Part shown: one piece after another, positions 12,599-27,055 of the stretch
Layout of the letters: every line of letters starts with the position of its first letter
Numbering within the stretch: the first letter of the stretch is position 1
DNA from: Chrysomallon squamiferum
Taxonomy: Eukaryota > Animalia > Mollusca
Length of the DNA stretch: 64,000 nt
Direction: 5' to 3'
Assembly: GCA_012295275.1 (NCBI GenBank)
Contig: CM022671.1
Location: forward strand, 2,604,001-2,668,000
Translations under genes and position numbers: made by a program
Notes under the pieces: generated by a model
The model's database searches: none
Told to the model about the DNA's origin: nothing
The model's input: only the letters and a program-made list of their open reading frames with translations

Positions 12599-15500
12599 TT
12601 TATATTGATCCAAAAGAAAAAAAAGATTCTCTATAATAATTAAATTTAAAAAACAGTTTCTGTACCACACATATTTATTTAAAGAAAGGACATGCTGTAT
12701 AAGATATATTATGCAAATACCATTTAAATTATTATTATTATTTTTTTTTTTTTTTTTATCAATTCTCAAAACATTTATCTTATTACCAGTGGTGTTTTCT
12801 TGTTTTAATACTGAATTTGGCAGCACACTCCAAACAGTTTTCTCCTTCACTCCATGGAGGTTCCTTTGATAACATATCTTAGAAAATAAAAAATAAATAA
12901 AAATAACAGTATATATATACACAAACACAAACACACACACAGTCACACACATTACCAATTTTGAACTGTCAAAAATATCTTAATAGATAATCATTTAAAT
13001 TATCCATAATACATTTATGGCCAACAATATTCTAGCTAAAAAGGTAAAGAATACTTTTTTCTCTCTTATTTTTTTAACAATACAAAAAGAAAAACAAGTA
13101 TCAAAGTAATAAAATTTCAATAAAAATGGTGAAATTATTACCTAGAAGTTTAAAGAGAAGTTGTTTTGTGGCTACGGCAGCATTGAAGATGCTGAGTCCA
13201 TCTTTGTTGACAGTTCCAAAACATGCTCCTGCACGGACCAGGGCTCGACACAGGTTTCCATTTCCATTCACATAGGCAAGTAACAGAGCTGAAACCCCCA
13301 AAATAAACACATTTAAAAACAAAAACTGTTGAGTAAATAAAAATGTCAGACAACAAAACATATTATGCCTGATCTGTATTTATTACTAAAGTCAAAATCT
13401 AAATAAATGTTCTCATCAAATTACTATTAAGCAATTCATTTGAATTACCTAAAACAGTGAAGCACAAGATAAATTACTACTTATTTGTGATGTACTCATT
13501 TTTCATCAGTTATTAAATTATCATCACTTTCAGACAAAAAACATCTCTAAACTGACATGATAATCAGACATCAGATAAATTAACATATTCACTGGAATAT
13601 ATATCAAACATGAACTCACCCGAATTGCCCTCATTATCTGGACAGTCTATTGGGTAATCTGGCATTGTCTCCTTAAATAGATCAAAAATGGCTGCTGAGT
13701 TGTCTTTCCCATGAGTTGCCAGGATGTGCAAAGGATTTCGACCTCTGAAAAGTAATTAATTATCAGACTTATGTTTTATGAGATCATTATTAAAATTTAC
13801 TGACAAGTTAAATTCATATGAGCATTTACAGTTAACCATCAACAATATTGTAATAAATGTGCACATCTAACATTTACGTAGATACTCCTTGTGCAATGGT
13901 AAGCTGGGAATATCCAAATACAGTTATGGTGTTTATATACTTTTTATCAAAACCTACCACTGGATGTGTATCTACAGATACTCTTACACCTTCTGGTATA
14001 TTCTTTACATTTCCACTCAAACACTGATGTCTGATGGCATCATTCAACAATATGTGATTTCACTATATGCTTCCAAATCAACCTCCCTATGATAGTTTGA
14101 AACAGTATTTTAATGAACAAATGTTAAAAACCTATAGTCAGTACGAGACACACTTTCACTGATGTTAAATATACAAAAAACACTGATTACTTACTTGCAG
14201 TTTACCATCTCAGCATTTATCCTACACTCTGTGAGAAGAACTTTGATTGTGTTCAGATTACCATGATACACTGCCACATGCAACGCTGAAAAAGACTGAA
14301 CGTGATTTAATATGAACAAAATCCTTACAGAATTAAAAAGAGCATACCATTGTAATGTAACTTATTATTACTACCATGTCAAACCCTCAAGTCTTGTTAG
14401 GCGAAACCAAAGCAATGAGACTAAGAATTATACGAAATACTAATAATTATACATGCAAATTTAAAATGAAATAATTTATTTACATATCATACACACCATT
14501 ATTAAGATCCTCATCCACAGCATCATAGTCAATTCCATTATCTATGAGGACAGAACAGATGGAGGAGAAATCATTGGCTGCTGCAAGATGTAAACATGTC
14601 TCTTTTGATTTTGTGGTCTCATTTACATTGGCTCCTGCCAGTAGCTACCAAAATGGTCCAGAATATAATAAAAAATAAATGATAAATATTGTACATTACA
14701 TTTCAAATGATAAGAGATACCTTGCTAACCAGAATCCATAACATAATGAAAATCAGTATTTTTGATGAATAATAATAAAAAGTTAAAAGTATGTTATTGT
14801 GCATTATTTATTTATTTTATTTTATTTTTTGTTTACTACTTTGCTAGTTTGGAGTGATTAAAGCTGAATGGGAAAGGAATTTTTTGAGAACTATATTACA
14901 TATAATGTAATAAGTTTATAATTTTATAAAAATCAAAACTAAAAAATGTTGAAAGATCTCTTATCAGAAATTAAATAATGATAATGATAATGATAACAAA
15001 ACTACTGGTAATATCAATAATTAACAATACCAACCACAGCAATAATATTCATAATAATTATTGTCACTGATTAATATTAAACACAAATGTAATAAAATCT
15101 TGTTACCAGATTTCTAACAATGATTTCAGAGCCTGCATGGACAGCAAGGTGGAGGGGAGATAACTGCTGTGAGTCCTGCACTTTAGAGTTGGGATTTGCA
15201 TGCACACTGAGTAAAAAGAGAACACTTTCAATATCAGCCTTCATGATGGCAGTGTGGAGAAAGTTCCGTCCTCTTCCATCAACCTCAATCACAAAACAAA
15301 CACTAAATAAGTTAATAATTAACAGAATGAACTTTAGGTTGAGAGATATTGTTCTGCATCTGCTCCTAATGATCAACAAGAGAGAAAATGAATAACTGAA
15401 ACAAATCAGTCTACTACAGTGAGATCTGTCTTAACTACATAGTGATAATAGTCATTGTAATTTTTTAAATAATACAAAAATAAGTATTTTTTCCTCTTTT

Positions 15501-18500
15501 TTTTCACTAAAGCTAAATCCTTTTCAAGATAATATGTATTAAAAATGGTGATCTTTAAGGTTTCAAGAGAAAATATTTAACTGGGTTGTAATAATTAAGT
15601 TGTTTTGTTAATTGTTCTGTTTGTTTTTGAAAAACTATTAGTCTTATTTAAAAATAATTATGATATAATGAAACATTAACTATTTGGATGGAATAACATA
15701 ATGACCATTATCCACTTGTATCACACTGTAAAAGAGTTTCTGATTTTAAAATTCAATTAGGTTTAAATTAAAAAGAAATTCGTTCACCTGTTCAGCTGCA
15801 GTAGGCTCACGGTTGAGAATGGCCTGTGCTGCCTTGTTGTTCTTTGTTGTCATGGCACAGGCAAATGGGCTGTGGCCATTTTTGTCTCTTAATGTCAGAT
15901 TTAGGTTGGGGTGTGACAAGAGAAGGGAGATAATCACTGAATGTTGGTTCTCTATGGCAATGTGAATGGGAGTTTTTCCTTCTGAGTCCTATTTAAATAA
16001 ACATGTCAGCATTAATGTGAAAATTGACATATATCTATGATGAGTGATATAAAAACATTAACAAGAAAACTGTAAGTGATACTAAAATAATCATAATGTC
16101 TTCTTCTGCTGGTCTACATTGCAACATAATAGAGAATTAATTTTCCTTATTAGGAAATTTCATATTCCAGCCATTAGTATATAAGAGGTAATTAAATGCC
16201 CTGTTTATGTATCCCAAAATACTGTAAATTATAGATCCAAGAAACTTTGTTTCAAATGGAAAAATGTAGTAGTCATCTGTATGTCAGAAATATTAAATGC
16301 CTCAAGTCCAACATGAAGCTTGTAATGGTATTATTATAACATAAATCAAGAGAATTTTTTTTAAATAGTAGCCTATATTGAGTTTTCTGTGTCAGAAGCA
16401 GAAATGTTTCACACTTCATAATGTATGTTCTAATTAATTCTATTTGTCTCTAACCTGAGCATTAACATCAGCAGACTGTTCCATCAAACACTGCACCACC
16501 ATCTCCAGACCCCAGGCACAAGCCAAATGTAAGGGACTCTGCCCATCTCTGAAAGCAACAAGTACATTAAAATATACAGAACACTAGTGGTGATTCCTGT
16601 ATTTCCAAAATCAGACTCAAAGAAAGACAGGAAAAGATACAGACACAGAGAGTTAGAAACTGAAGAGAACAGACAGAGAGAAAGGTATGAGTGAGAGTGA
16701 GAGGGTAGAAAAAGAAGAGAGATGTCCAAAAACAATATTACATCAAATCATTGTTTCATGTTTCTGAATCAATCAATATTGCAAGATTATGATAAGTCTG
16801 TCTGATTTAATATTTTAGAATGTAAATATGTGTGTGTGGAAAACTAAACTTTTTACCTTGACTCTTCTCCATTAGAACAATCTTGTCCTTCTCTCCGTGG
16901 ACTGTTTTTGTCACAACCACTGAAAATACAACATTTATTAATCAGTGTTTATTAAAAAAAAATCTTTAAACTTTACTACAGACTAATTTTTTTAACAAAC
17001 AGTAATCATTTAATACACCTAAATTTTACTGACTCATTTTACTCTAACATGAAGAAATATTTAAAAGGATTAAAACAGTCATTACTGACAATCAGTAGTG
17101 CCTACAATACAGAAAATGTAAACAGACTTAAATTTTAATCTTAAATAGACTGTCAGACAAAATATCCATTTTCTCCTGATACTACTGAGAAATAAAATTT
17201 TACTTTATCAGTACAACTGACACCACATGCTACGTTTGTCATAATTTGTACCTTTTAATGAGGAAGCATGCAACGTGTTCGTTATTTTCATCAATAGCTC
17301 TGTGTAGCAACGTCTGATAACAGCCTGGTCCTGGAGACCACAGATTTACATCACACTTGTGTTCTACCTGTACATAATACAACAAAAACATCAACAAGCT
17401 GCTTAGATACAGGAAAGATATGAAGAAAGAAAGAGAAGAAGTAAAAAAGGAGAAAATAAAGATAGATGGATGAATGGCCTGAAGTACAAATAAATATGCA
17501 AATTGATTAAAACAAAAAAATTAAAAAATAAATAAATAAAAAAGGAAAAAGAATGGTGCAGATTTACATCATATATTTTGTAAAAACTAATAAACATATA
17601 TTGTGTAAATACAAACCAGACATCGTGCAATGTCCTCTTGACCAGTGTCCAGAGCCTGCCACAGTGGACAGTTTCCACCTGGGTTCACAACATTCATGTC
17701 AGCTCCCTTCTTGCAGAGAACGTCAACTACAACTGGCAGGTGACGTGTTATAGCATGTTGCAGTGATGTTTCACCATCTGGAGATCTGTGAAATCACAAA
17801 TCACATTAACTACTTCACTTTCTGCTATAATTTACTATTCTTACTGAATTGTTTCATATATTAAGCTACTTAAAAATACTCATTTAACTGAAAAGACTAA
17901 ATAAATTACTCTAATGAAATATTTTTCAAATTTCAAATTTTTTTAATTATAAAGGTTATGAGAGAGACTACACACTGCCATCATACTTTGCCATACTTTT
18001 GCAGATTCATTCTGAAACACAACTATAATTGTCACTTCTATGGAAGCAGATCAAACTAAGATAGCAAATTTTTCCAGTGAAACATCATACTAAATCTACA
18101 GCTACAATATTTCTGTGGAAAAAGGCTATCAATCATTCTACTAGTGCAGTTGTAACAAGGCATGCTGCACAACCTGACTTTTATAAACAATGAAATAAAT
18201 AAAGCAGAACTATATAAACGTACTTTGCCTCAATGTCAGCGTTGTGTTCTATGAGGAACAGAGCACTGCTAGTGTCTTGTTTCTCTATTGCCTGATGCAG
18301 CAGAGTCATGCCCTCTGCGTTTTTCTCATTGATGTTGGCTCCAGCTCTGAGTATTTTGTCTGAGAGTTCAAAAAGTCCATTCCAGAGAGCAAGACCCAGC
18401 ACAGTGTTACCCTTTGAGTCTTTGATATTGAAACTTGGCATTATGATCAAGTTGTTTGAACTTTTAGACACATCAGCTGTAATATTTAGAAAAAAAAAGT

Positions 18501-21500
18501 TAACATAAGTGGTATAATTTATTCACTGATTATTGATCAGCTATTTGGTAATTCACGTTCACAGACTCCAAAATACAGCATAAATTTTTCATTAAGCTTC
18601 TTGTTAATGTGATCATTACTCATCTTAAAACTGCTAAGTTATTCAGTGTAAAACAATAATTAAGTATACAAAAGTATTATTCAAAGCAAAGATTTCACCT
18701 TTATGTTTGAGGAAAACCTCCACTACCATGTTGTGGTTGTTTGTAAGAGCCAGGTGCAGTGGGGTTTGCTGAGTTACTGGTGACTGGTCATCATCAAGAC
18801 CCAGTGAAGCCATATTAGTTGTCATGTCAGGTGGCTTCAATGTCTGGGCATTAGGATTAGCTCCCTTGGCAAGTAGCTCTCCAACAAGTTTAGTGAGTCC
18901 AGCCAGACTTGCAATATGAAGAGCTGTTTCTCCCTGATAAAAATAATTTTTAAAATTTAGGATTTTTTTTATTTCCAATATTTTCATTATCTAAAACTGT
19001 TAATACAAAATCTGTTATGATATGAGATTACCCACCTTTTGTAAACTGTTTCTGAATATTATTACTGATTCATTTTTGCTAAAATTACACCTACACCAAG
19101 GTTCAGATACTTGGTTAAACAACTTACATAAAATGCACTGAAAAATTTCTGTGGCTAGGTATTACATTTGTTTCATTGTATATGTGGTTGATTCAGATTT
19201 AACTGAACAAAAAATTTATAATTAACAATGCCCAATATATTTTTTATTGTATAGTCACATCATAAATCTCATTAGTTTCATTTACATCACTTGGTGACAT
19301 TTTCTGAGATAAAAAATAGAGGAGTCAAACCATGGAAATAATTTTAAAGGATAGGAGATCAACTTGTAAACACCTTGTTGTTAGCCTGTAGAACACTGGC
19401 TCCATGACTAACAAGAAATATTCCTGCTGCCTGGTTTCCTTCTTGAGCACAAAGGTGAAGTAAACTTGACCCTGAACAAAATAATTAATGTACAGTTTTA
19501 TATACATAGTTAATATATATCAAGACTTCCAAAATTTTATGTAGAGATTTGTATTTTATGATGTGTGATATTTTATTTAGAGAATTATATAGTATTTTTG
19601 ATTAATTATTTAACACATTAAGTGAATATATTTTAAAAAATTAGTAATTTGTTCATGTGAAAAACACAAATTTAATGTGTGTATATATATAAATTTTAAA
19701 AAAATGAATATTTATGTATGGAGAACTATGATTATAAATCTTTCTTATTTTTGGTAGAGAACTCACCTGATTCTGGCTCTATAGCATCAGGTGAGCTGCC
19801 ATGTTTCAAGAGCTGACTGGCAAAACTATCTTTCCCATACACCTCCTCTAGATCCTCCGATCTATCTCCCACCTGAAAATAAAGCTGTTTATGTGCTAGA
19901 AAATGCTGATTTGTTACAGTATGTTTGTTTGTTTAATGTTCACATAACCTTTCATACACTCATAATTTTCAAATCCTATAATTTTTCCTAGAAATCTTAA
20001 AGTTCTTTTAAATTCTTTTGGGAGGTTTATTAAAAGATTACAATCCTTCCTGATGCCTCTCTTTCAGTTTAAAATTCTTTCTTTGATGTTTATACTTAAA
20101 AACTTACCTGCTGCAGTGCTAACCACAAAGATGTGTGTCCATCCAAATTTTTTATCTCCAAGTCTGGATTTCCCTTCTCCAGCAGAACTTGGAATACTGG
20201 ATGATTCTTACAAAATATTGCTGTATGTATTGGTGTGCTGCAAAGAAAACCCTTTTCTGAATAAACAGGTAACCTAAATCTCACAGTCACATATCCACTA
20301 TGTCACATATCATACAATATACATTAAAACATATCATATCAAGTTGTCATGTCACATCATATCATAGTGTGTATCAGATCTAAATATTATACTTTATTAT
20401 ATTCTTTTATTTGTATCATAAAATGTTTATACTTCAGTACATTTTTAATTCAGATCTCCAGTTTCTACATAATATGAAATATTGTCAAAAATATTACTAT
20501 TAAGCTATTGTTGTTGATATTCATTCACCTTCCTGCTGTGTCCTGAGCATTGATGTCAGCAGAATGATCCAACAACAGTTCAGCAATTCGAGCCATGCCA
20601 GAGATGACGTCAGTGTGAATGACGTCTGGATTGAATGACGCCACCATGTGCAGTGGTGTTTCCTTATCAATGTGAGTCGACATGTTCACATCAGCATTGT
20701 TCTTGATCAAAAATGTGGCTGAATATTCATCACCTGGTAATTAAAATTATAACTAGAGTAATATTACTATGTATAAAATTGAACAAATGAACAAATGGCT
20801 TTTTAATATAGCTGCCTGTTTTTATGTTAAAGATTAATCAACAGAATGGAAAATAACACCCACTGGTTGCCCAAGGCTGATAAAATCTAATACCATAAGG
20901 CTAGTGTCATTTACAAAATGTTTTTGCACATAAGCATAAGAATTTCCTTAAATTTTGCTGGGCATAATTTAATTTAAAGTGTTTTTCTCCCATTTCAATT
21001 ACAAGATAATATAACTTAATAACAGCCAAGTTTAAATTTGACATTTTTGTTGTTTTTTTTACCTCTTTTGATTGCTTTGTGGAGAAGACATTTGCCAGAG
21101 TTGTCTTTTCTGTTGATGTCTGCATGGTTTGTGACAAGAGTCTGAGCAATTCCATCTTGTTTTGATTGCAATGCCAAGTCAAGAGCAACATCACCCTTGT
21201 TATCAACTTCATTCAGTTTGACAGCCAACTGCAACAACAACAACAACAACTGAATACATGTTCAAACACTGGTTTAAATTAAACTGGTAACAGAGTCAGT
21301 GTTTTCTGTCATACATAAAAAGGCAGGATAGGACAAAAAATATATTCTCCTTGATTTGCAAGAAAAATATCTTTGAAAAACCCAAGAAGACATTTCAAAT
21401 GATTTTATGGCACTGTTGTCTAATTATGCAGTTTCAATAACCTTATCTATAATCTGTACCTGTACTGTAAGACAATTCTTCATTGCGCACCCACTGAATA

Positions 21501-21724
21501 CATTTTCATTCCTACCATGTATGATACATATACACACACATACAGAAATACACAGATAGATATAGATGCAGATACATGCATACATATACACATATATACA
21601 TATATACATACATATATACATACATATATACATACATATAAACATATATACATATATATATATATATATATATGTATACACACACACACACACACATACA
21701 CATATATATATATAGATAGATAAA

Positions 21725-21755
<31 letters not shown>

Positions 21756-24700
21756 TAGATATGTAGATGTATAGATAGAGAAATAGGCAGAGATAGAGAT
21801 ATAGATATATAAAGAATTCTTAATGATAGATGTTAGTAGTGTCTGTAACAGTGTATTATAAAAAAACATATTTCACAACAACATTGTTCTACACATATAT
21901 GAAATCTGTGACACTTCTCTCATTGTAAGTGTAAGTGATACATAAAATACATAATACTTTCTCACCTGTGAATCAAACTCGATGAGATAGAGGAAGACAA
22001 CATCTTCACGCTCGGCCCTGATAGCTGTGTGGAGAGGATATTCTGTCTTTGTTTTAAACATCTTATACAGAAGTGGAGCTGGCATTGATTTGAAGTCACA
22101 GCTTGTAAAGTCATTCTGAAAAATACAACAGAATCACATATCAACTGTTTTTATTTTTGTCTACATTTCAGAGATATAACCCTGAAACTAAATATTCTAT
22201 TTTTAATTATTATTTTAAGAAACAGAATGAAATATTTTGAATGTATGGTTTGTAAAATCATTACAGACACACAGACACACTCTTCTAATTTTCAGTTATA
22301 TATCATTCTAACAGATTCATGAAAAAAAAAATCTAATTATTATTCTGAGAAAAATGAGTAATTATTATGAAAGTGCAGCATATAGTCATTCTTTAAAAAA
22401 CATATATGTATTAATAGATAAAATCTGTTTCTTAACTCATAAATTTTACATGTACACGGAAGTTTAATATTGGATATTAGTGGTTAATATTAATTAATGC
22501 TTAAAAAGGTACTTTATACAATATTAGTGATTATGAACGTGTGTTTTACCCAGTGATTGGATATCAACTCAGAACAGTGACTCTTAAGAACTTCAGCTGC
22601 CATTTCCTCTGCAGTCTGATAGAATCGTATACAGTTTTTCATATTTACAAATGACATCAAACCATTCTCACATCTACAGTTAAAAAAAGAACAATATGTG
22701 AAAAATATTTAATAGCAAATTTATTTCAGTTCTCAGCAAAGAACAAACAAAACTTGGCTACTGGGAAAGAATAAATGGTTTAATGGTTATTAAACAACAC
22801 CCTAGCAGAAAATTATATTAGATTTTATGTAACAAAAATAGCATTACAGTGAACAAGTATAATATTACAGAAAATTTGCTGCCACAATACATTAAGCTTT
22901 TTTTTTTCATATCAGGAGCAAGGGATGTTTTCTATGGAACTGAAGACATAATTTTTGATAAAGCAATAATAGGGTTACGGTTTGAACAGAAAAATATACT
23001 ATTACGTTCAATGTAACAATGTGACAAAAATGAAAGTTAAAGCAAAGTTGGTCATATAAAATGAAATAAAAATTAAACAATACTTGAATTACTTTCAACA
23101 ATTTATTACCTTCTCCTTAAGGCCTCAAGTTTGAAGCGTGTAGCAGCTCGGAGAAGTTCCAGTAGGAAAGTGTCCTCTGCTCGGATGTCAATTTCATCAG
23201 TATAAACCCAGCGGAGAAGACAAAAAGCAACATCACGTTTAATATCTGAAAAAAATGTAATTAATATTTACTTTATAAAACATCACCATATTATAAATGT
23301 AATTTTAAAGATTATCAGTCATCATATTCTATTTTATTTCATTCAGTTTGAGAAAGTAATTTGACATAACTGGTGAATCCCTCTTTTCAACTGCTCAGAA
23401 AAATAAAAGGGAATTTTCTCCCAATTGAAGATCAATATAACATAATAAATACTAAGCATCTGTGATTTTTGTGATGAAGACATACTAACATAAATAATCA
23501 TTCTGTATGTTATCTGTCTCTAAATGCATGCATAATGTAAATACGATATTTACCCCTTAATTCAACACTAATAAATGTAACAGTAAAAAAGTCAGTAGCA
23601 TTAAATGATTTACCAGACAGATCAAGTTCTGTAACCAAGTTGAGATCAACACCCCAATCACAACTTCGAGATGATAATATAAACCTGTGTCCTTTTAGCT
23701 GTTCTCCACCTTCTAACTGGATTGACAGATCACTGTAAAAATAAGTAAATAAATAAATGCGTACACAGTAGGAAAACCAAATACTGATAACAAACTCTTT
23801 CCATTATAGCTCAATCAGCAAATCATTGTAACAAATTTAAATCAACAAAAACATTTATAAACAGAACAAGACATTGTTATTTTAATATCCAGTGTTTTCA
23901 GCCTTTTAGACCTTTTAGCTAATATCCCTCTTTTATTAACAAATCATTGTAAATAGAGACACGTCTATATTCCTCCCGGTGAGAAAAATCTGTTTAATAT
24001 AAGTAATCTTTACAAAGTGTGGGATATGTTGTAAACCAGATTCTAGCATAAATCTAACCTATACTGATCTTTGTTAAAGAGATCTGCAACTAGAGAGAGA
24101 AGTTTTGTGACAAAGCTGTCCTGACTACCAGCACCAACTGAAGCCACTGCAATCTGATATTTGTGTTCAAGGTCAGCATATCTGTTCTGTAGTTTGACAT
24201 ATTCCTCTCTCAGCAAACTCAGGTGGTTCTGAAGTTTACTCACCTCTGAAAAACAGTATCAACAAGTAAGTAAGTCTAAGATGTTATGAGAAATGTGTTT
24301 TAGGTAAAGATTTTATAAATTATACCACCACATATATACACACATTAGCCATATTTTTATGTCCAGTTTTCCAAGTGATCTTTAAAATCATGGTTGTTCA
24401 TGGCTACACTGTCAATTTTAATGATATATCCAATCATCTATTTTGAAAACCGTCCTCTCATTTCTTATACAATCTGTAAATTAAATTTATTTTATATAAA
24501 ACTATTAAAAGGGTATGCTGTATGTACATTACTTTGTACATTATTTTTTTAAAACATATGTTAAATAAACCAGCTTTTAGGAAAATCATCGTTAAGTAAT
24601 GTTGTACATGGGCTCTTTATTATATCTATTGCACCACAATTATTTTTCTGCAATTCAGACTGTGAAAATAAAAGCTCCGTTTCTGATAATACACAAGTAA

Positions 24701-25479
24701 CCCAAGGAGTGGCTGTAGAGGTTCCCCTCTCTCTAAAATGACTATTTAAAGTCATCTCAGCTTAAGATTTCATTGGCTATTCATTCACAGACAGGTAAAT
24801 ACATGTAATAAGTTACCAAATCTGTTCACATTTAAAACATAAAGTATATCACTGCACCAAAGGGTACAACAACTATTAGTTTTCAAGGTAGATATAAATT
24901 ATTTTGCTTCAAATTAATGTTTTCATTAATGTTTACAGTGCAAACGTTCAGCTATTACATTGTTTTAATTTTATTGCAAAAAGATATGCTGGTTCTTAAA
25001 ATTAACATTTTACTACTTGGTTATGCATTCATGATAACTGCCTTAAAAAAAGTTAATAATATAAAAAATATATATAAAAATAATAATAATAATAATAATA
25101 AATATCATTTTAAGGAAACAGAACTTAGTATCTGCCCCTTATATATTGTAATGTTAAAATAAATCTAAAGAATATTTGGAGCATTGAGATGCTAACCATT
25201 TAAGGTATCATTTATTATTTGACATCTGCCAAAAGTTATGGGTGATACCTGTGCTAATTTATCAATGTCTTACTTAATAAACGTTATTTCTTGTTAAGTA
25301 ATTATACTAATTTATCAATTATAGGGCGTTACCATTACCAGTTTGAGTATGTACAAATTGTTTGATCTAACTAAAACCTTAAAATATGCATAATGATATA
25401 GGTGAAATTTGTACTCAATGCATAATACACTATTTTTTCTACAATTATCTTTCATTTATTTTAAAACTATTTAAAAAAA

Positions 25480-25511
<32 letters not shown>

Positions 25512-25837
25512 CATCAAAAGATACACACACTTTGTAAGTAACAGAACTGAGTACTAATGTCTAATTATATGAAGGAAAAAACCCGATAAACTACAGTATC
25601 AGCGTATGATACTTGACAGTGACACTAACTAACACAGTGACAGAGACGATATATAATTACGTTCTAAAATGAAAGTGATGTATAAAATAATAATTCTAAT
25701 CTCAACAACAAATAAGCGCATGTTTAAAATAGTCTTCAGCTAAACCTATTATTATCCATTATGCATGCAACGAAAAACTACAGGACAATAACAGTTGAAT
25801 TAAACCATTACTCCTATTTCCACTTACCGTCCGCCAT
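12368..25837 (-). CDS. ANKFY1: Rabankyrin-5: coiled coil + BTB + ankyrin repeats + FYVE, 25 coding exons
   Basis: Exon 1 (25828-25837, MAD) splices to 24059-24245 (EVSKLQNHLSLLREEYVKLQ). BTB exons 23614-23732 and 23110-23245. Many ankyrin exons (GETALHIA, QTLLHRAIDENN, GRNFLHTAI). FYVE split over 12787-12877 (DMLSKEPPW...KTRKHHC) and 12368-12497 (RHCGRLLCAKCS...PVRVCDICFDVL). The junctions I checked keep frame. Confidence 0.97.
21515..21810. repeat. Compound microsatellite (TA/TACA/CA/GATA) in an ANKFY1 intron
   Basis: Directly visible. Source of the spurious YIYIY/CVCV ORFs. Confidence 0.92.
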
Positions 25838-25860
25838 TTTGTCAATTTTGGTCATGTGAC
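25831..25860 (-). promoter_or_regulatory. YY1-type motif over the ANKFY1 start codon and an M-box/CLEAR-like E-box
   Basis: The minus strand reads GTCACATGAC (25860-25851), then AAAATGGCGG (25840-25831). Motif match only. Confidence 0.5.
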
Positions 25861-26139
25861 TTGTTTTATAATAAAAATGAAACAATCTGGTAAGGGTTAA
25901 AATTTGGACTTACGTTTTTGCTGGGTTTTTATAATTTATTTATTTTTCTACCACCGCAAGTACATTTTGGCAAAACTGTATTTAGTTCATTTATTTACTC
26001 TAATAAGACTAAAAAGTTGATTTGTATTTTTTGTTTGTTTTTTTGTATAATGAAAACTGAGAAAAGAATCGGAAGATAGGCCTACTAAGGCACCACAGAA
26101 AAGGCACGATGTAAAGTCAGTGATAAACTCATTAATTTG

Positions 26140-26270
26140 ACAAGAATATATGTTTTAATAATGCACTCATCTGTGGTTATATGGTGTCACACGTTGCTGA
26201 AAACCATTTAAATAATTTTCAGTCAGCAAAAAGACACCTTTTCTGTGCACCCTCACATTGGTTGGAAAGT
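26140..26270. mobile_element. Second decayed fragment of the same SINE-like repeat
   Basis: TGTTTTAATAATGCACTCA...GGTTATATGGTGTCACAC...TTTTCAGTCAGCAA, similar to 575-720. Confidence 0.35.
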
Positions 26271-26759
26271 GATAAATTTCTTCTGAATCATTTGCTGAGA
26301 TTAGAAATGTTCAATGGGTTCACTAAGAATGGATCCTGTGAATGTCATGTCTCAGCCATGTGCCATCAAATTACAGACCAAAACACAATTGTATTTTTCT
26401 ACCTTTATTTATCAATCAACAATTTAAATCATAATTTCCTTTTTTTTTTTCTTTTTTTTCAAATAAGAAAACAAATTATGAAAACAGTCAAAAATTTAAT
26501 TAGTACATTATATTAATGACTAATCAGAACAAAATATTAATTAAATTAAATGTAACTATAAAAGGTATGTATGATCCAATTCAGCAGGGTCAACATAAAA
26601 TGTATGTGTGTGTGTGTGTTTTAATTATTGTTGTTTTTTTAATGTGGTTTGCATCTGTTTAATAAGATATCAAATCACATAATTAACCATACAAACCAAA
26701 TGTTTTCCTTTTGGATATAGTGTAATACACAAGCAAGTAGTAATTAAATTTAGTTTTTA

Positions 26760-27055
26760 CTGTTAAATATTCTGACATCTTTTTATATTTTGTATATGAT
26801 GTAATGCCAAATACTGACACATCAAATAATTTCTAATCCATTTATTGTGTGATGTCAAATATTGTCGCATCAAGTACTATTTATATTTTGTATATGATGT
26901 GATATTTAACATTCACACATCAAGTACTGTTTCTATTTTATTTGTGAAGTGATGTCAAACATTCACATATCAGATATTGTTTCAAGTTTTCAAGCTGAAC
27001 AATTCAAACACCACTTGTTGTATTTTATTTATGGTGTGATGTAAAACACTTGTAT
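26760..27055. repeat. Degenerate tandem repeat, unit about 50 bp
   Basis: TATTTTGTATATGATGTGATGTCAAA(T/C)ATT..CACATCAAGTACT recurs 5-6 times. Confidence 0.75.

Noticed and set aside
12368-12958. 196-aa ORF with a poly-Tyr tract
   Set aside because: Only 12368-12497 is coding in this frame (the FYVE end). The rest is intron with a (TAA)n repeat plus an exon read in another frame.
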